From Eledone cirrhosa (lineage: Eukaryota), in NCBI GenBank assembly GCA_964016885.1, contig OZ024741.1, positions 269,018,001-269,082,000 of the forward strand: a stretch of DNA of 64,000 bases. Direction: 5' to 3'. The stretch's first letter is position 1. The number at the start of each line of letters is the position of its first letter. This document shows, piece by piece, positions 27,940-41,800 of the stretch. The notes under the pieces are model-generated. The model saw only the letters and a list, made by a program, of their open reading frames with translations. It did no database searches and had not been told where the DNA came from. A program made the translations under genes and the position numbers.

Positions 27940-30381
27940 CATTATGACGCTATATGTGTGTGTGTATATATGTATATATATAGTGTGTATATATATATAT
28001 ATATAGTGTAACATTTTTCGAAATATTTACTTCTGCGTTCACAGATTGATTTTTTTAGTTTCAGAAGATCCCGTTAAGGGTGAAAGCAGCGATTCTTTGC
28101 TTAAACTTTATTTTAATATATATATATATATAATTATATATTCGTGTACAGATTTTTGGCATACACAATAACAAAATATAAACAAACGTATTTATTTCAC
28201 GAGGCTCGATAAGGATAAATATATATCAAATATATAAGAACCCTAGAGCAAATCCTGAGCAACGCCGAGCCATTCTGCTAGTCTATATATCTAAAACAGA
28301 GAATGTCTGTCTGTCTGACTCCCTAAAACTCGAGAATCACCCAACCGATTGTTTTTAAACTTTACACATGTAATATTTATGGTCCTGTGAGTGTTTTGAG
28401 CAAAAACAAATTCAAATTTTCAATGCCCTAGGGACCGCATTAAGCGATTTAGCGATCTCTCTCTATAATTCTTAGTCTTTCTTTTTAGATAGATATAACG
28501 TTGCGCCCTTATAATGTATGTCTGAATGTCTGCATTAAGACATTATGACGTTATATGTGTGTGTGCGTGTATGTATATATATATATATAGTGTGTAACAT
28601 TTTTCGAAATATTTACTTCTGCGTTCACAGATTGATCGTTTTTAGTTTCAGAAGATCCCGTTAAGGGTGAAAGCAGCGATTCTTTGCTTAAACTTTAATC
28701 TGTTATTTTAATATATACTAGCAGAACGGCCCGGCGTTGCTCGGGATTTGCTCTAGGGTTCTTATATATTTGATATATATATTTTTCCTTATCAAGCCTC
28801 GTGAAATAAATACGTTTGTTTATATTTTGTTATTGTGTATGCAATCATATCTGTTCACGAATATATAATTATATATATATATATATAACAGCACGGAGAA
28901 GTACGGAATACCTCGGCCTCGGGAATGTGTCTACATTTTGTACTTATAAAAAAAATTCGTCGTAGATTACGAAAAATGTTTTCCGCGGTAAGAAAATCAA
29001 TACTTTATCGCGAAATAAATACTTTTGTTTATATTTTGTTATTGTGTATGCAAAAATATCTGTACACGAATATATATGTATATATATATAAATATATTAA
29101 AATAACAGATTAAAGTTTAAGCAAAGAATCGCTGCTTTCACCCTTAACGGGATCTTCTGAAACTAAAATAAAAAATCAGCCGTTCGGCGATTGGTTCTTT
29201 GTTTGTATGTTTCAAGTGCTCTTCTGGTGGCAGTACGTTCTGCATCTTGCGACAGTCGTATAGCAGATTCCGCTGACGATTCGTTTGCCCGCCTTGTTCT
29301 TTTTCTTTGCCACTATGGCAGTATTTCGGCCAATGGAGTATCTCTTCCTTCGAGGCATGACCTAAAAGCAGGACGAAGTACACTAAGACTAACTGGTAGA
29401 GTAAGGAGTAAACTCGTCAGTGATGCATGTGATATCCGAACCGTTGACTTAAAGTTTAAGCAAATAATCGCTGCTTTCACCCTTAACGGGATCTTCTACC
29501 TAAAAGCAGTATGAAGTACACTAAGACTAACTGATGTAATCGTATGCAATTGTTGACCTTGTTTGTTTATATATTTTTTTTGTGTATGCAAAAATATTTG
29601 TCAGTGATGCATGTGATTATGTAATCGCCGGCCTTGTTTGTTTATATTTTGTTCTTGTGTATGTATCGTATGTAATCGTTGGCCTTGATTGTTTATATTT
29701 TGTTTTTGTGTAGGCAAAAAAATATATATATATTAAAATAACATTAAAGTTTAAGTAAAGAATCGCTGCTTTCAACCTTAACGGGATCTTCTGAAACTAA
29801 AACAATCAATCTGTGAACGCAGATATAAATATTTCGAAAAACGTTGCAACCGAAGGAAAACAGGAAGACGCTACTTTGGTTCATGAAGACGTTCCCTGGC
29901 ATAAGAATATATATATATATATACACACACACTATATATACATATATACACACACTGAAAAAGATTTCAAATTTTTTTCCGGGGACCGCATTGTTTAGCA
30001 TTTTGGTTGCGTTAGGGCCTGTATCCTTAAAAGTATCCAACTAAATTCCTTCATGCTCTCCACCACTGCAGTCCCATATGCTTACTGCCCTGTAACTATT
30101 GCTTTCATTGTACCATAGCACAACAAATACATGTTCGGCTTGTCGAATGCCTTTTTACTTAACCCTATCGTCTTGGTATTCGTGGGTTGAACATTTTATT
30201 CTCAGGCACCCAATTAAGTTAAACCCCTGGTAATCTACGATGAATTTTTTTTATAAGCACAAAATGTAGACACCATCCCCAGGCCGAGGTATTCCATACT
30301 TCTCTGTACTGTTTCAGAAAGGAGGGATAAACATGCCAAACTATGTTTAGAATCCCGAGCAACGCCGGGCCATTCTACTAG
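27940..30381. mobile_element. Cluster of rearranged non-autonomous Helitron copies
   Basis: Three 3' ends (CCCGAGCAACGCCGGG-like palindrome plus CTAG) at 28281 (+), 28718 (-) and 30381 (+); a 5' end at 28282; an internal ~55-bp module repeated five times in both orientations. Confidence 0.8.
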
Positions 30382-30624
30382 TATATCTCTAAAAGAACAA
30401 AAGGGGCCTGGATAAAATAATGTTGATAACTAATTTAGGGCTGACCTGGGGTTAAATAACTTCGGGAAGAACATTAAAAAAATGATCAATTCGCCAAAAA
30501 ATAGCAGTTAAATCATATCACATTGTCTGAAACTTGAGGATAAACACCGCCACCACTACCACCATCATCAGCACACATCCACTAGGCATATATATTGTTT
30601 AGATGATCAGCGCTGATTGATAAT

Positions 30625-30950
30625 CTCTTCCAAGTTACAATACAACCAATCCTCTCTTATGGTAGTGAAATTGAGACACTATCATGTACACCTTTGCCTC
30701 TTTTGGATCAAAACAAGCGTCATACAAATAATATACGATAGTTTCCATCATTCTTCTGACATTCTGCAAAATGGAAGGATGATATTTTCAGGTGAATGTC
30801 ATTGCTCCTTCAATGAAGCTGTATTTTCTTTGATGCTTTGGAAACCAGTATCTGTCAAAAGCCAAAGAGGTCACAAGCTCTCCCATCCAGATGTCAAAAC
30901 TAGAGACTTTGGTATTGATGTTCAGAATCTAGGTAATACAATAAATGACT
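30625..30950 (+). pseudogene. Possible highly decayed RTE-like RT fragment
   Basis: FQVTIQPILSYGSEIETL resembles PxLxYGSETWTL; the rest is riddled with stops. Confidence 0.35.
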
Positions 30951-31163
30951 AGCGTACGAAGAGACCTGTTATTGAATCTATTCAGGATGTTGATGATAAT
31001 CTAGATATTCCAGGCATGTATCTCGAGATGCCTTGTCTCGTAGTGTAGCAAGAATTGCGTCATTTAATGTATCCTTTTTTTAGAAAAAGTGATAGGGAAA
31101 TATGGGTGCTATTTTTAGCAGGAAAAAAAAAACTCGTGTACGCTTCCCTCATTAGCTTACCAT

Positions 31164-31335
31164 AGGCATGGCTGCGAGGTTAAGGAGTCAATTTCGCAAC
31201 CACATGTTCTTGCGTTCAGTCCCACTTCATGGCAACTTGGGTAAGTTTTTTTTTTTTAAGATAGCTTTGCGTTGCTCATAAGCATGTGAGTGAAATTTGT
31301 TGAAACTGTGAGGAAGGCCGTCATGAAAATGTGTG
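31164..31335 (+). mobile_element. Decayed tRNA-derived SINE
   Basis: GGCATGGCTG..GGTTAAG A-box region, CAACCACATG..GTTCAGTCCCAC B-box region. Confidence 0.6.
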
Positions 31336-31734
31336 TCTGTTTTATCCCGTAACCTAGTTCTCTGGCTCAAGTGTAGTAACTGCGACTAGTATAAGAATAA
31401 AAGGGAAATAACTTCAGAAATCTGAGCATAGTAACTCTAAAAGTCTAAGGGTAATAATTCTAAAATTCCAAGGGAGGTAATTCTGTAATAGGTGTTATTA
31501 TGACAAGGGACATAACCGAATTGTAAGAAAGTGACAAGCGTGAAACATTCAGTTTATATTTTTGTAATTAGAGTTTCATAATTTTTTTTCTTGTATATAT
31601 TTCGACCAATGGACTGCGGCCAAGGTGAGACACCGCCTTGATTTAGTAATGTATATCGATCCCAGTAATTATTGTTTTCAAGTTCGGTACTTGATGATTT
31701 AAAGACGTAAGTAATAGGCAGTGTAAATAATTTT

Positions 31735-32830
31735 TATAAAATTGCGTATGGTTTCCTGTGTTATAACTGAGCATCGCTACTCCATTGATGCGGGTCTGAA
31801 CCCATGTACAGACCACATCCCAGTGGACAGAACGAAGAAAATGCTGTCCCAGAGGCTCACTCCTGTAGGTAGCTAACTCTGCTCCGACAGTAGTGAGTAG
31901 GAAATCTAAGAACGTTGGAAATCTTTACTGCTACAGGTTCGATCACAAACCTAGTAACTAGTAACTAGGTTACGGGATAAAACAGACACACATTTTCATG
32001 ACGGCCTTCCTCACAGTTTCAACAAATTTCACTCACATGCTTATGAGCAACGCAAAGCTATCTTAAAAAAAAAATCTTTACTGCTACAGGTTCGATCACA
32101 AACCTATCGGAGAGCGACCGATATTTCGATAGTTTGCCACCAAAGGAGGTGTCAGTGTATGTAGCATCCCAGATGAAGGCTTACCACCGTAGAATGGAAA
32201 GATTGTTGTGCTGTCTCCTTGGTCCAGCCCTACTGGGAAGGGAACACTGCAGCCTCCAAGCCATGCTTTATGATCTCGTTGAAAGCAAAAGAGTGTAAGA
32301 GGTGACTTCTACTGTAACGGCATGATAGTGGGTGAAGACCAAAAGAGTCCACAGTCTGCAGTGGCATTTCACAAATCCAGATATCGAGTCTCGGTATACA
32401 GACAAGCTGCTCAAACCAGTGCACTAGCTTGTCTGAGGCTATGTCACACTGGACGGTGTCCCATTTATTTTGCAGGGACTGGGCTACAGAGTGAAGAGGG
32501 GAGAGGAGTATGGGTGTTTGCAGGGCAGAGGCTGAGCTGGTTCCAAGTTGCATTGATGTCTCGCATTCCATGTGGAGAACCTTGTTGATGAGGACATGGC
32601 AAGAGGTCATCAATGAAAGAAATACCGGTAAAGCCAGTGAGACTAGAGACCGAGGACTGAGGACACCATATATGACATGTAAGTTGGCTTGTTACTATCT
32701 TGTGACATCGAAGGCATTGAGATCCTCAAGGAGAGATGTGTGGTTGTAGCCTTGGATACTGCCATTCCAAAGCTTCTATATACTTTCTGCGAAGTAGTTC
32801 CTCAACAAGAAGAGGACCGAATAAAGGGCT
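31735..32830 (-). pseudogene. Decayed CRE-like (restriction-like endonuclease) non-LTR retrotransposon fragment
   Basis: Minus-strand peptides QANLHVIYGV..LALPVFLS, GLHPLSCR..H..NEIIK, FPFYGGK..WDATYTDT and KYRSLSDRFVIEPVAV match the CCHC/RLE region of CRE elements; frameshifts and deletions. Confidence 0.7.
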
Positions 32831-32849
32831 GTTTCTGGCTGGATTTCTA

Positions 32850-33105
32850 GGACTGGATGCCCTTCCTAATGCAAACCACAGTGTGTGCTGGGTGCTTTTT
32901 GTCATGACTCCTACATGACCATATTTACAGTGTGCTGGGTGCTTTTTGTCATGATTCATACATGACCATTTTACAGTATGTGCTGGGTGCTTTTTGTCAT
33001 GATTCGTACACAACCACATTTACAGTGTCTGCTGGGTGGTTTTTGTCATGACATCTACATGACCACTTCAGAATGTGGGCTGGGGGCTTTTTGTTGTGAC
33101 ACCTA
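32850..33105 (-). repeat. RTE 3' UTR fragment with a ~49-bp minisatellite (5 units)
   Basis: CTGGATGCCCTTCCTAA followed by repeats of ACAGTGTGTGCTGGGTGCTTTTTGTCATGAC..ACATGACCA. Confidence 0.8.
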
Positions 33106-36100
33106 ATATATATATTCAGGCTATAGCCTGAACCCAGAGACAACTGGTTGTAAAGTGAATATCATCATTCAGCCATACCTGCACCTACATAGACTATGTT
33201 AAAACTCACCAAAAAGTTAAGTTATTGCTTGACTGGCAGTCATAACTGTGTTCTTAAACTCTAACACTTGGGTACAAGCAACGGATGGACGTCCTTTGGT
33301 TTCTATGATGAATTTTCCAGTGTTTCCATCAACAAAACAGCCTGCTATTGAAATAAAAATGTGACTGACCATTCCACAGATACGTGCACCCTTAACGTAG
33401 TTCTCAGGGAGATTCAGAATGACTAGGACAGGTCCTTTGAATTACAAGTATAGTCCATTGTCCTTCCTACCAGATTCTGTCAATCCAATTTAAGGATTCA
33501 CAAAGTATGAGTCAAACTCTAGCTATGATAAATGACACTTCCAATGTAGTAGGATTTAACCCAGTGTCTAATGATTGCAATACAAACTAAGTCTAAGCTA
33601 ATTCTGAGATAAATCTAAGCTAAATCTGACCTAAATCTAAGCTAAAGCTAAGTTACATCTAGGCTAAATCTAAGCAAAATATGAGATAAAACTCAGCTAA
33701 TTCTAAGCTAAATCTCAGCGAAATCTAAGGTAAATCTTAGCTAAATCTAAGCTAAATCTAAGATAATTCTAAGCTGAATCTAATTTAAATCTAAGCTAAA
33801 TCTAAGATAAATATGAGCTAAATCTAAGCTAAAGCTAAGTTACATCTAAGCTAAATCTAAGTTAAATCTAAGAAATCTAAGCTAAATTTGAGCTAAATCT
33901 AAGATAAATCTAAGCTATATCTTAGCTAAATATAAGCTAAATCTCAGCTAAATCTAAGCTAAACCTAAGCTAAATCTAAGCTAAATCTGAGCTAAATCTA
34001 AGCTAAATCTGATCTAAATCTAAGCTAAATCTGAGCTAAATCTGACATAAATCTAAGATAAATCTAAGCTAAATCTGATCTAAATCTAAGCTAAATCTGA
34101 GCTAAATCTAAGATAAATCTGAACTAAATCTAAGCTAAATCTGATCTAAACCTAAGCAAAATCTAAGCTAAATATGAGCTAGATCTAAGCTAAATCTGAG
34201 ATAAATCTAAGCTAAGTCTGAGCTATTAAATCTAAGCAAAATCTGAGCTAAATCTAATGAAAATCTAAGCTAAATCTAAGCAAAATCTAAACTCAATTTA
34301 CGCTAAATCTAAGGTAAATCTCAGATAAATCTACGCTAAATGTATGCTAAATCTGAGCTAAATCTAAATTAAATCTCAGCTAAATTTAAGCTAAATCGAA
34401 GCTAAATCTAGGCTAAATCTAAGCTAAAACTAAGCTAAATCTAACCTAAACATCAACTTAATCTTAACTAGATCTATGCTGAATTCGAACTAAATCTAAG
34501 CTAAATCTAAATTAAATCTCACAAAATCTCAGTTAATATAAGCTAAATCTCAGATAAATTTCATATAAATCTAAGCTAAATCTGAGATGAACCTGAGATA
34601 AATCTAAGCTATATCTATGCTACATCTAAGCTTTATCTAAGCTAAATCTATGCTAAATCTCAGCTTAATCTTAACTAGATGTACGCTAAATCTGAGCTAA
34701 ACCTAAACTAAATCTAAGCTAAATTTAGCGTAAATCTATGCTAATTTCAAGTTAAATCAAAGCTAAATCGGAGGTAAATCTAAGATACATCAAAGTTAAA
34801 GTCAGCTAAATCTAAGCTAAATCTCAACTAAATCTCAGCTAAATCTAAGCTAAATATACACTAATTCTAAGCTAATTCTGAGTTAAATCTAAGCTAAATC
34901 TAAGATAATTCTAAGATAATTCTCAGCCTAGATCTAAGCTAAATCTAAGTTAAATCTAGGATAAATATAAGCTAAATCTAAGATAAATCTCAGCTAATTT
35001 TAAGCTAAATCTAAGCTATTTCTAAGCTAAATCGGAGGTAATTCTAAGTTACATCTAAGTTAAATGTAATCTAAATCAAAGCTAAATCTCAACTAAATCT
35101 CAGCTAAATCTAAGCTAAATATACGCTAAATCTAAGCTAAAGCTAAGCAAAACTAAACTCAATTTACGCTAAATCTAAGGTATATCTCAGCTAAATCTAC
35201 GCTAAATGTATGCTAAATCATAGCTAAATCTAAATTAAATCTCAGCTAAATTTAAGCTAAATCTAGGCTAAATCTAAGCTAAATCTAAGCTAAACCTCAA
35301 CTTAATCTTAACTAGATGTACGCTGAATTTGAACTAAATCTAAGCTAAATTTAAATTAAATATCAGAACATCTCAGTTAATCTCAGATAAATCTCAGATA
35401 AATTTCATCTAAATCTAAGCTAAATCTGAGATGAACCTGAGATAAATCTAAGCTATATCTATGCTACATCTAAGCTTTATCTAAGCCCAAATCTATGTTA
35501 AATCTCAGCTTAATCTTAACTAGATGTACGCTAAATCTGAGCTAAACCTAAGCTAAATCTAAGCTAAATCTAAACTAAATCTCAGCAAAATCTAAGCTAA
35601 ATCTAAGCTAAATCTGAGATCAATCTGAGATAAATCTAAGCTAAATTTAGCGTAAATCTATGCTAATTTTAAGCTAAATCTAAGCTATGTCTAAGCTAAA
35701 TCTAAGCTAAATCGGAAGTAAATCTAAGCTACATCTAAGTTAAATGTCAGCTAAATCTAAGCTAAATCTCAACTAAATCTCAGCTAAATCTAAGCTAAAT
35801 ATACACTAAATCTAAGTTAAATCTGAGTTAAAGCTAAGCTAATTCTAAGATAATTCTAAGCCTAGATCTAAGCTAAATCTAAGATAAATCTAACCTAAAT
35901 CTAAGCTAAATCTGAGCTAAATCAGAGTTAAATCTAAGCTAAATCTAAGATAATTCGAAGCCTAGATCTAAGCTAAATCTAAGATAAATCTGAGCAAAAT
36001 CTGATGTAAATCTAAGGAAAATCTAAGCTAAATCTGAGCTAAGTCTAAGAAAAATCTGAGCTGAATCTAAGCAAATTCTTAACTTAATTTACGCTAAATC

Positions 36101-38644
36101 TAAGGTAAATCTACGCTAAATGTATGCTAAATATGAGCTAAATCTAAATTAAATCTCAGCTAAATTTAAGCTAAATCGAAGCTAAATCTAGGCTAAATCT
36201 AAGTTAAATCTAAGCTAAATCTAAGCTTAATCTTAACTAGATGTACGCTAAGTCTGAGCTAAACCTAAGCTAAATCTAAGCTAAATCTAAGCTTAATCTA
36301 AGCTAAATCTAGGCTAAATCTAAACTAAATCTCATCGAAATCACACCTAAATCTATGCTAAATTTAAGCTAAATCTAAGCTATATCTAAGCTAAATCGGA
36401 GGTAAATCTAAGCTACATCTAAGTTAAATGTCAGCTAAATCTAATCTAAATGTGAGCGAAATCTAAACTGAACCTGAGCTCAATCCAAGCTAAATCTAAG
36501 ATGAATCTCAGCTAAATCTAAGCTAAATGTAAGCTAAATCTAAAGTAAATTTAAATTAATCTAAACTAAATCTCTAGCTAAATCTCAGCTAAATCTAACA
36601 CGAATCTAACTTAAATATAAGCTACATCTAAGCTATATCTAAGCAAGATCTAAGCTAAATCTAAGCTAAATCTAAGCTAAATCTAAGCTAAATCTAAGGT
36701 AAATCTAAGGTAAATTTGAGCTAAGTCTTAGTTAAATCAAAACTAAATATAAGTTAAATCTGAGCTAAATCTAAGATAAATCTAAGCTAAAGGTATGCTA
36801 AAGGTATGCTAAATCTAAACTCATTTTACGCTAAATCTGAGGAAAATCTCAGCTAAATCTATGCTAAATGTATGCTAAAACTGAGTTAAATGAAAAATTA
36901 AATTTCATCTAAATCTAAGCTAAATCTGAGATGAACCTGAGATAAATCTAAGCTATATCTATGCTACATCTAAGCTTTATCTAATCTAAATCTATGCTAA
37001 ATCTCAGCTTAATCTTAACTAGATGTATGCTAAGTCTGAGCTAAACCTAAGCTAAATCTCAGCTAAATCTAAGCTAAATCTAAGCTTAATCTAAGCTAAA
37101 TCTAGGCTAGATCTAAATTAAATCTCAGCGAAATCACACCTAAATCTATGCTAAATTTAAGCTAAATCTAAGCTATATCTAAGCTAAATCGGAGGTAAAT
37201 CTAAGCTACATCTAAGTTAAATGTCAGCTAAATCTAAGCTAAATCTCAGCTAAATCTAAGCTAAATATACACTAAATCTAAGCTAAATTTTAGCAAAACC
37301 TAAGATAAATGCAACCTAAATCTTAGCTAAATCTAAGTTAAATCTGAGCTAAATCTAAGCTAAATTTGAGCTAAATCTAAGATAAATCTAAGATAAATCT
37401 GAACTAAATCTAAGCTAAATCTTAGCTAAATCTAAGCTAAATCTGATTTAAATCTAAGCTAAATCTAAGACAAATCTTAGCTAAATCTACGTTAAACTCA
37501 GCTAAATCTACACTAAACCTGAGCTCAATCTAAGCTAAGTCTGAGCTAGAGCTAAGCTAATTCTAAGATGAATCTAAGCTAAATATAAGCCAAATATAAG
37601 CTAAATCTAACATAAATCTAAGCTAAATGTGCGATGAAGCTGAGATTAATCTAAGCTATATCAATTCTATATCTAAGCTTTATCTAAGCTAAATCTATGC
37701 TAAATTTCAGCTTAATCTTAACTAGATGTACACTAAATCTGGGCTAAAGCTAAGCTAAATCTCAGCTAAATCTCAGCTCAATCTAACATAACTCTAACTT
37801 AAATCAAAGCTACATCTAAGCTATATCTAAGCAAAATCTGAGCTAAATCTAAGCTGAAATAACGCTAACTTTAGGCTAAATGTAAACTAACTCTAAGTGA
37901 AATCTAAGCTAAATCTAACCTAAATCTAAACTAATTGTCAGCGAAATCTTAGCTAAATCTCAGCTAAATCTCAGCTAAATCTCCGCTACAGATAAGCTAA
38001 ATCTGAGATGAACCTGAGATAAATCTAAGCTAAATCTATGGTAAATCTAAATAAATCTAAGATAATTCAAGCTAAATCTAAGCTAAATCTAAGCTAAATC
38101 AGAGGTAAATCAAAGCTACATCTAAGTTAAATGTCAGGTAAATCTAAACTAAATCTCAACTAGATCTCTGTTAAATGTAAGCTAACTTTAAGCTAAATCT
38201 AAGCCAAATCTCAGCCAGTTTAAGCTAAATCTAAGCTAAATCTATGTTAAATGTAAGATAAATCTAAGCTAAATCTCATGTAATTCAAAGCTAAATCGAA
38301 GCTAAATATATGTTAAATCTAAGATAATTCTGAGATAAATCTAAGCTACAGCTAAGCTAAATCCAAGTTAAATCTAAGGTAAATCTAATCTAAATTTCAA
38401 CTAAATTAAAGCTAAATCGAAGATAAATCTTAGCTAAATCTAAGACAAATCTAAGCGAAATCTAAACTAAATCTAGCTAAATGTCAGCTAAATCTAACGT
38501 AAATCTAACTTAAATCAAAGCTACATCTAAGCTAAATGCAAGCTAAATCTGAGATAAATCTAGGTTAAATCTGAGCTATATCTGAGCTAAATATAAGCTA
38601 AATCTATGATAAATCTAACCCAAATCTAAGCAAAATATTAGATA

Positions 38645-38852
38645 AGAGACGATCGACTTTCGTCAAATCGGACCGAGAGAAACATGTTTCCGTTGGTCTT
38701 TCCAATTGCTAATACTATCTATCGGTCGCAACTCCAGGTAGAAGGAACAACGTGAAATAAAGTGTCTTGCTCAAGGACATAACGCATCACCTGGTCCAGG
38801 AATCGAACTCACAACCTTACGATTCCGAATCCAATTCCCTAACCACTCAGCT
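38645..38852 (-). mobile_element. tRNA-derived SINE inserted in the satellite
   Basis: Closely similar to 9990-10200; B-box GAGTTCGATTCC on the minus strand. Confidence 0.85.
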
Positions 38853-41800
38853 AAATGTAAGCTAAATCTAAGCTTAATCTAAGCTAAATCTAGCCTAAAT
38901 CTCAGCTAAATCTCAACTAATCTAATTTAATTCTAAGCTAAATCGAAGCTAAATCGAAGATAAATCGAAGCTAAATATAAGTTAAATCCATGATAATTCT
39001 AAGCTAAGTCTAAGCTACAGCTGAGCTAAATCTAATCTAAATTTCAGCTAAATTAAAGCTAAATCAAAGATAAATCTGAGCTAAATCTAAGAGAAATCTA
39101 ACGGAAATCTGAACTAAATCTAGCTAAATCTCAGCTAAATCTAACGTAAATCTAACTTAAATCTAAGCTACATCTAAGCTATATCTAAGAAAAATCTAAG
39201 CTAAATCTCAGCTAAATCTAAGCTGAATCTAAGCTAAATCGGAGGTAAATCAAAGCTACATCTAAGCTAAATGCAAGCTAAGATAAATCTAGGTTAAATC
39301 TAAGCTATATCTGAGCTAAATATAAGCTAAATCTATGATAAATCTAACCCAAATCTAAGCTAAATTTTAGATAAATCTAAGCTAAATGTAAGCTAAATCT
39401 AAGCTTAATCTAAGCTAAATCTCACCTAAATCTAAGCTAAATATAGGCTAAAACTCACATAAATCTAAGCTAAATGTAACCTAAATCTCACCTCAATCTA
39501 AGTTAAATCTAAGCTAAATCTCACCTAATTATAAGCTCATTCTACGCTAAATCTCACCTAAATCTAAGCTAAATCGAAGTTAAATCTCACCTAAATCTAA
39601 GTTATATATAAGCTAAATCTCACCTAAATCTTACCTAGATCTAAGTTAAATCTAAGCTAAATCTTACCTAAATCTAAGCTAAATCTAAGCTAAATCTCAC
39701 CTAAATCTAAGCTAAATCTCATCTAAATCTAAGCTAAATATAAGCTAAATCTCATTTAAATATAAGCTATATATAAGCTAAATTACACCTAAATCTAAGC
39801 TAAATCTAAGCTAAATCTCACCTAAATATAGGCTAAATATAAGCTAAATCTCACCTAAATATAGGCTAAATATAAGCTAAATCTCACCTAAATTTAAGCT
39901 AAATCTAAGCTAAATCTCCCCTAAATCTAAGCTAAATATAAGCTAAATCTCACCTAAATCTCAGCTAAATATAAGCTTAATTACACCTAAATCTAAGCTA
40001 AATCTAAGCTAAATCATAGCTAAATCTCACCTAAATCAAAGCTAAATCTAAGCTAAATCTCACCTAAATCTAAGACAAATATAAGCTAAATCTAACCTAA
40101 ATCTAAGCTAAATATAAGCTAAATCTCATCTATATCTAGCAAAATCTAAGCTAAATCTCACCTAAATCTAAGCTAAATCTAAGCTAAATCTCACCTAAAT
40201 CTCAGCTAAATCTCACCTAAATCTCAGCTAAATATAAGCTAAATCACACCTAAATCTTAGTTAAATCTAAGCTAAATCTCACCTTAATCTATGCTAAATA
40301 TAAGCTAAATCTCACCTAATTCTAAGCTAAATCTAAGCTAAATCTCACATAAATCTAAGCTAAATATACGCTAAATCTAACCTAAATCTAAACTAAATCT
40401 CACCTGAATCTAAGCTAAATATAAGCTATATCTCACCTAAATCTAATCTAAGTTTAAGCTAAATCTCAGCTAAATCAAAGCTAAATATACTCTAAATCTG
40501 ACTTAAATCTAGGCTAAATCTAAGCTAAATCTCACCTAAATCTAAGCTAAATACAAGCAAAATCTCACCTAGATCTAAGTTAAATCTAAGCTAAATCTCA
40601 CCAAAATCTAAGATAAATCTAAGCTAAATCTCATCTAAATCTAAGCTAAATATAAGTTAAATCTCAACCTAAATATAAGCTACATATAAGCTAAATTACA
40701 CCTAAATCTACGCTAAATCTAATCTAAATCTCACCTAAATATAGGCTAAATATAAGCTAAATATCACCTTAATCTAAGCGAAATCTAAGCTAAATCTCAC
40801 CTAAATCTAAGCTAAATATAAGCTAAATCTAAGCTAAATCTAAGATAAATCTCACCTAAATATAAGCTAAATCTAAGCTAAATCTCACCTAAATCTAAGC
40901 TAAATATAATCTAAATATCAACAAAATCTAAGCTAAATCTCAGCTAAATCTCACCTAAATCTAAGCTAAATATAAGCGAAATCTCACTTAATTCTAAGCT
41001 TCATATAAGCTAAATCTCACCTAAATCTAAGCTAAATATAAGCTAAATATAAGCTAAATCTCACCTAAATCTAAGCTAAATCTCACCTAAATCTCAGCTA
41101 AATATAAGCTAAATCACACATAAATCTAAGTTAAATCCAAGCTAAATCTCACATAAATCTATGCTAAATATAAGCTAAATCTCACCTAATTCTAAGCTAA
41201 ATCTCACCTAAATCTAAGCTAAATATAGGTTAAATCTCACCTAAATCTAAACTAAATCTCACCTGAATCTAAGCTATATATAAGCTAAATCTCACCTAAT
41301 TCTAAGCTAAATCTCACCTAAATCTAAGCTAAATATAGGCTAAAACTCACATAAATCTAAGCTAAATGTAACCTAAATCTCACCTCAATCTAAGTTAAAT
41401 CTAAGCTAAATCTCACCTAATTATAAGCTCATTCTACGCTAAATCTCACCTAAATCTAAGCTAAATCGAAGTTAAATCTCACCTAAATCTAAGTTATATA
41501 TAAGCTAAATCTCACCTAAATCTTACCTAGATCTAAGTTAAATCTAAGCTAAATCTTACCTAAATCTAAGCTAAATCTAAGCTAAATCTCACCTAAATCT
41601 AAGCTAAGTCTCATCTAAATCTAAGCTAAATATAAGCTAAATCTCATTTAAATATAAGCTATATATAAGCTAAATTACACATAAATCTAAGCTAAATCTA
41701 AGCTAAATCTCACCTAAATATAGGCTAAATATAAGCTAAATCTCACCTAAATTTAAGCTAAATCTAAGCTAAATCTCCCCTAAATCTAAGCTAAATATAA

